DNA from: Octopus vulgaris
Lineage: Eukaryota
Assembly (NCBI GenBank): GCA_951406725.2
Contig: OX597814.1
Coordinates: 186,496,001 to 186,560,000 of the forward strand
Length of the DNA: 64,000 nt
Direction of reading: 5' to 3'
Part shown: positions 61,363 through 64,000 of the stretch, one piece after another
Position numbering within the stretch: position 1 is the stretch's first letter
How the letters are laid out: every line of letters begins with the position of its first letter
Made by a program: the position numbers and the translations under genes
Notes under the pieces: generated by a model
What the model saw: the letters and a program-made list of their open reading frames with translations, nothing else
Database searches by the model: none
Told to the model about the DNA's origin: nothing

Positions 61363-63486
61363 GGCCAACAAATTCTAACTTTTTTTCTACTGGCCTAAGT
61401 TTGAGACCTGTTTGGGGGTAATTTGGGGTTACTGAGTTTAAAAATGGCAATAGTTTTTTTCTGTCATATCTAGTTTTTTTTTCTTATAGGCTGACCCATA
61501 TTGGCCCCCACCCATAGCTCCATGTTTGAAATTTTTGAATTCTCCTGACTCTTTTTGTTATATATGTGGGTGTTTTACAGTACCAAGCCAAAGAATATAT
61601 GTTAGTGACATTGTGGAAAGATCCTATTTGACTTCAGGATAAATCGTGGGCCTGCACAATATATGTAAAAAACCTACACCAATGGAGATAGGGCACAAGG
61701 TAACAACTAACATTTGGCATTCCTATGATATGGTGGGAGCCAAAGAACCATGTAAACGATTGCTACTTTTGTCTCACAAAAACTTCTGGTTATAGCAAGA
61801 GAACATGACAGAAAATAAATTATCCAAATCTGGATTCAGCAATTCATCAAGTGCTTCACTCTGATGGAATACCAGTACCCATTTTCAGGGATCTACCTTC
61901 ACTGCAAGGTGAAAGTGATATATGTGAAGTGGATGTAAATCATAAACATGACAGTGATTAGACTTTGTAGAAACATCACCCAAATAATGTGAAGACTTCA
62001 ACCAGGCAGAACTTAATGATTTAGTTAGAGACCTAGGACTGTCAACAGAGTTATCAGAACTGTTACCTTCTAGGCTGAAAGAGAAGAATTTGTTGCAGAA
62101 AAAAACAAATGTGACTCTTTTATCAGAACAAGGAAAAAGGTTTCTGGCATTCTTTACAATTGGAAAAGATTTTGTTTACTGTTGTGACATGGCAGGACTG
62201 TTAAATGTGATGGGTATTGAACAGTATGAACCTAGTGAATGGAAGCTCTTTGTTGATAGTTCAAAGAAAAGTCTAAAATGTGTATTACTCTATAATGGAA
62301 ACTTGTTTGATGCGCTTCCTATTGGTCACTCTGTACACTTAAAAGAGAATTATGATCACATAAAAGTTGTATTAAATTTACTTTATGATGAACACAAATG
62401 GGTCATATGTGTGGATCTAAAAATGGTCAACTTTTTACTTGGCCAACAAGGAGGGTATACAAAATATCCATGTTTCCTATGTTTATGGGATAGCCAAGTG
62501 AAAGACAAACATTGGGAACAGAAACTCTGACTAGTTAAGAAAAATTTGACTGTTGGGGAGAAGAATATCATACACTAACCATTTGTTGAGTGAAAGAAAA
62601 TCATCCTTCCACCCCTTCATATTAAGCTAAGACTAATGAAGTAATTTATCAAAGTTCTTAATGTGGACGGTAGCTGCTTCAAATTCATATGTACAACATT
62701 TCCTGGCTTAAGTTATGAGAAAATAACAGCTTGTGTTTTTGATGGGCCACAAATCAGAAAGTTAACAGAAAGCCAGAATTTCTCAAGCTCCATAGCTGAC
62801 ATAAAATTTTAAAAAAAAACAGCATGGGATTCATTTGTGACTGTTGTGAAAGGATTTGGGGGAAGTGGAAGGTTGCAAACTACAAGAATTTGGTGGAGAC
62901 ATTAGTTGATAGCTTTCTTTTCTTTTAGGCTGCAAAATGAGCATAAAGCTTCATTTCCTCAATAGCCATCTTGATGAATTTCCTGCCAGTCTTGTAGATG
63001 TGAGCGATGAGCACAGTGAGCATTTTCATCAAGCAATCAAGATTATGGAGGAGAGATATCAAGGCAGATGGAACACAGACATGACAGCAGACTACTGTTG
63101 GAGTATTCAAAGAGACTGTGTAGACATGAAAGTCTTCAGACACTCTCACAAGCGGAAATTTGTTCTGTGAATATGAGGGTATGTGTATGATGTTTGTGTT
63201 TTATCCATCATGTTAGAAAATTAACAGCAGGTATTTAGTAAAAGGTAATGCCATCTTATATTTCATATTCTATTGATATTATAACATATGGTTTGAAGCT
63301 ATAAGAGTTAGTGAACTATCCTGACCAGGTAAATCATTTATACAGTACATCATAAAATAAGGGTAAGCTATAGAATGAAAACTTGATGTATTAGGTAAAA
63401 ATGGATGCCATATATGAAATCAGCATCTCAAAATTAACTAAGAACAACCACAAAACCGAAGTCAGTAAAAAGTGTGTTGACCAGTG
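61359..63486 (+). mobile_element. Chapaev3-like (CMC superfamily) DNA transposon with disrupted transposase
   Basis: TIRs CACTGGCCAACA / TGTTGACCAGTG and 3-bp TAA TSD. Transposase motifs: [97 protein letters not shown]. Several stops. Confidence 0.88.
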
Positions 63487-63840
63487 TAATCTGTAAAAAT
63501 TTAACCTAAAGCATGGGCAAACATAGTGTAATTCAACTATATAGAGAGGCCAAAAAATACTAGTTTCGTTGAAATAAAAGGAAGAGAATGAGAGCGAAAA
63601 GAAAAGGATTGCAAAGAAACAACAGACAGAAAGAAGAAAAGGAAAAAAAGGAAGGCAAGCGAGGGAAAAAATAACAAATGACTGACAGAGAGAGAGAGAA
63701 AAATGGGCATTTGAAATAGTTAATATATGTACTTCATTGACTGAAGAAATGATTTGAGCTCTCTTTGTAAGTTAAACAATATTCAGCCAAGCAGCAGAAC
63801 TCAATACTTATAACACAGCAAGACAGTCAACTTCGTTTTA

Positions 63841-63980
63841 CACACACACATGCATGCATACACAAGCACACAAGCACACACACACATACACAAGCACACA
63901 CACACATATACACACACATACATACACACATATATACATACACACACACACACACATATACATACATACATATGTATGTA
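63841..63980. repeat. (CA)n/(CATA)n compound microsatellite
   Basis: Direct reading. Confidence 0.9.
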
Positions 63981-64000
63981 TAATTTCTTTGTGTTTGTGT

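Noticed and set aside
60619-64000. Possible TET CXXC exon, start codon or promoter
   Set aside because: No CXXC-like frame or convincing exon. The Cys motifs here belong to the Chapaev transposase, so the 5' exons probably lie beyond the window.

Overview
AT-rich, repeat-dense eukaryotic DNA. The SINE/LINE content and AT/GT/AAT/CAT microsatellites suggest a coleoid cephalopod such as Octopus (inference). One host gene is present: a TET-family 5-methylcytosine dioxygenase on the minus strand. I traced 8 coding exons by hand (60618-57660, 47952-47862, 45371-45278, 42267-42059, 38496-38352, 36311-36222, 35257-35105, 34167-32194). All have GT-AG boundaries and consistent phases, giving about 1904 codons with an intact Cys-rich domain, HxD...H iron triad and RxS 2-oxoglutarate motif. 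The 5' end (and any CXXC exon) is not visible in the window. The remainder is introns, a probable long 3' UTR and intergenic DNA. It holds several tRNA-derived SINE families, 5'-truncated RTE LINE copies, decayed CR1-like and R4/Dong-like LINEs, Helitrons, hAT/mariner/piggyBac-like MITEs, a Chapaev3-like transposon and short Penelope-like inserts. There is no CRISPR, rRNA or true tRNA gene, and I cannot establish a new multi-gene system. The best leads are: (i) a tandem array of a compact H-type-pseudoknot-like unit in the RTE LINE 3' UTR; (ii) CtBP-, SIN3- and WW-type linear motifs in the disordered parts of TET; (iii) a candidate ~11 kb structured 3' UTR; (iv) long fold-back structures and hammerhead-like remnants inside the TET pre-mRNA.
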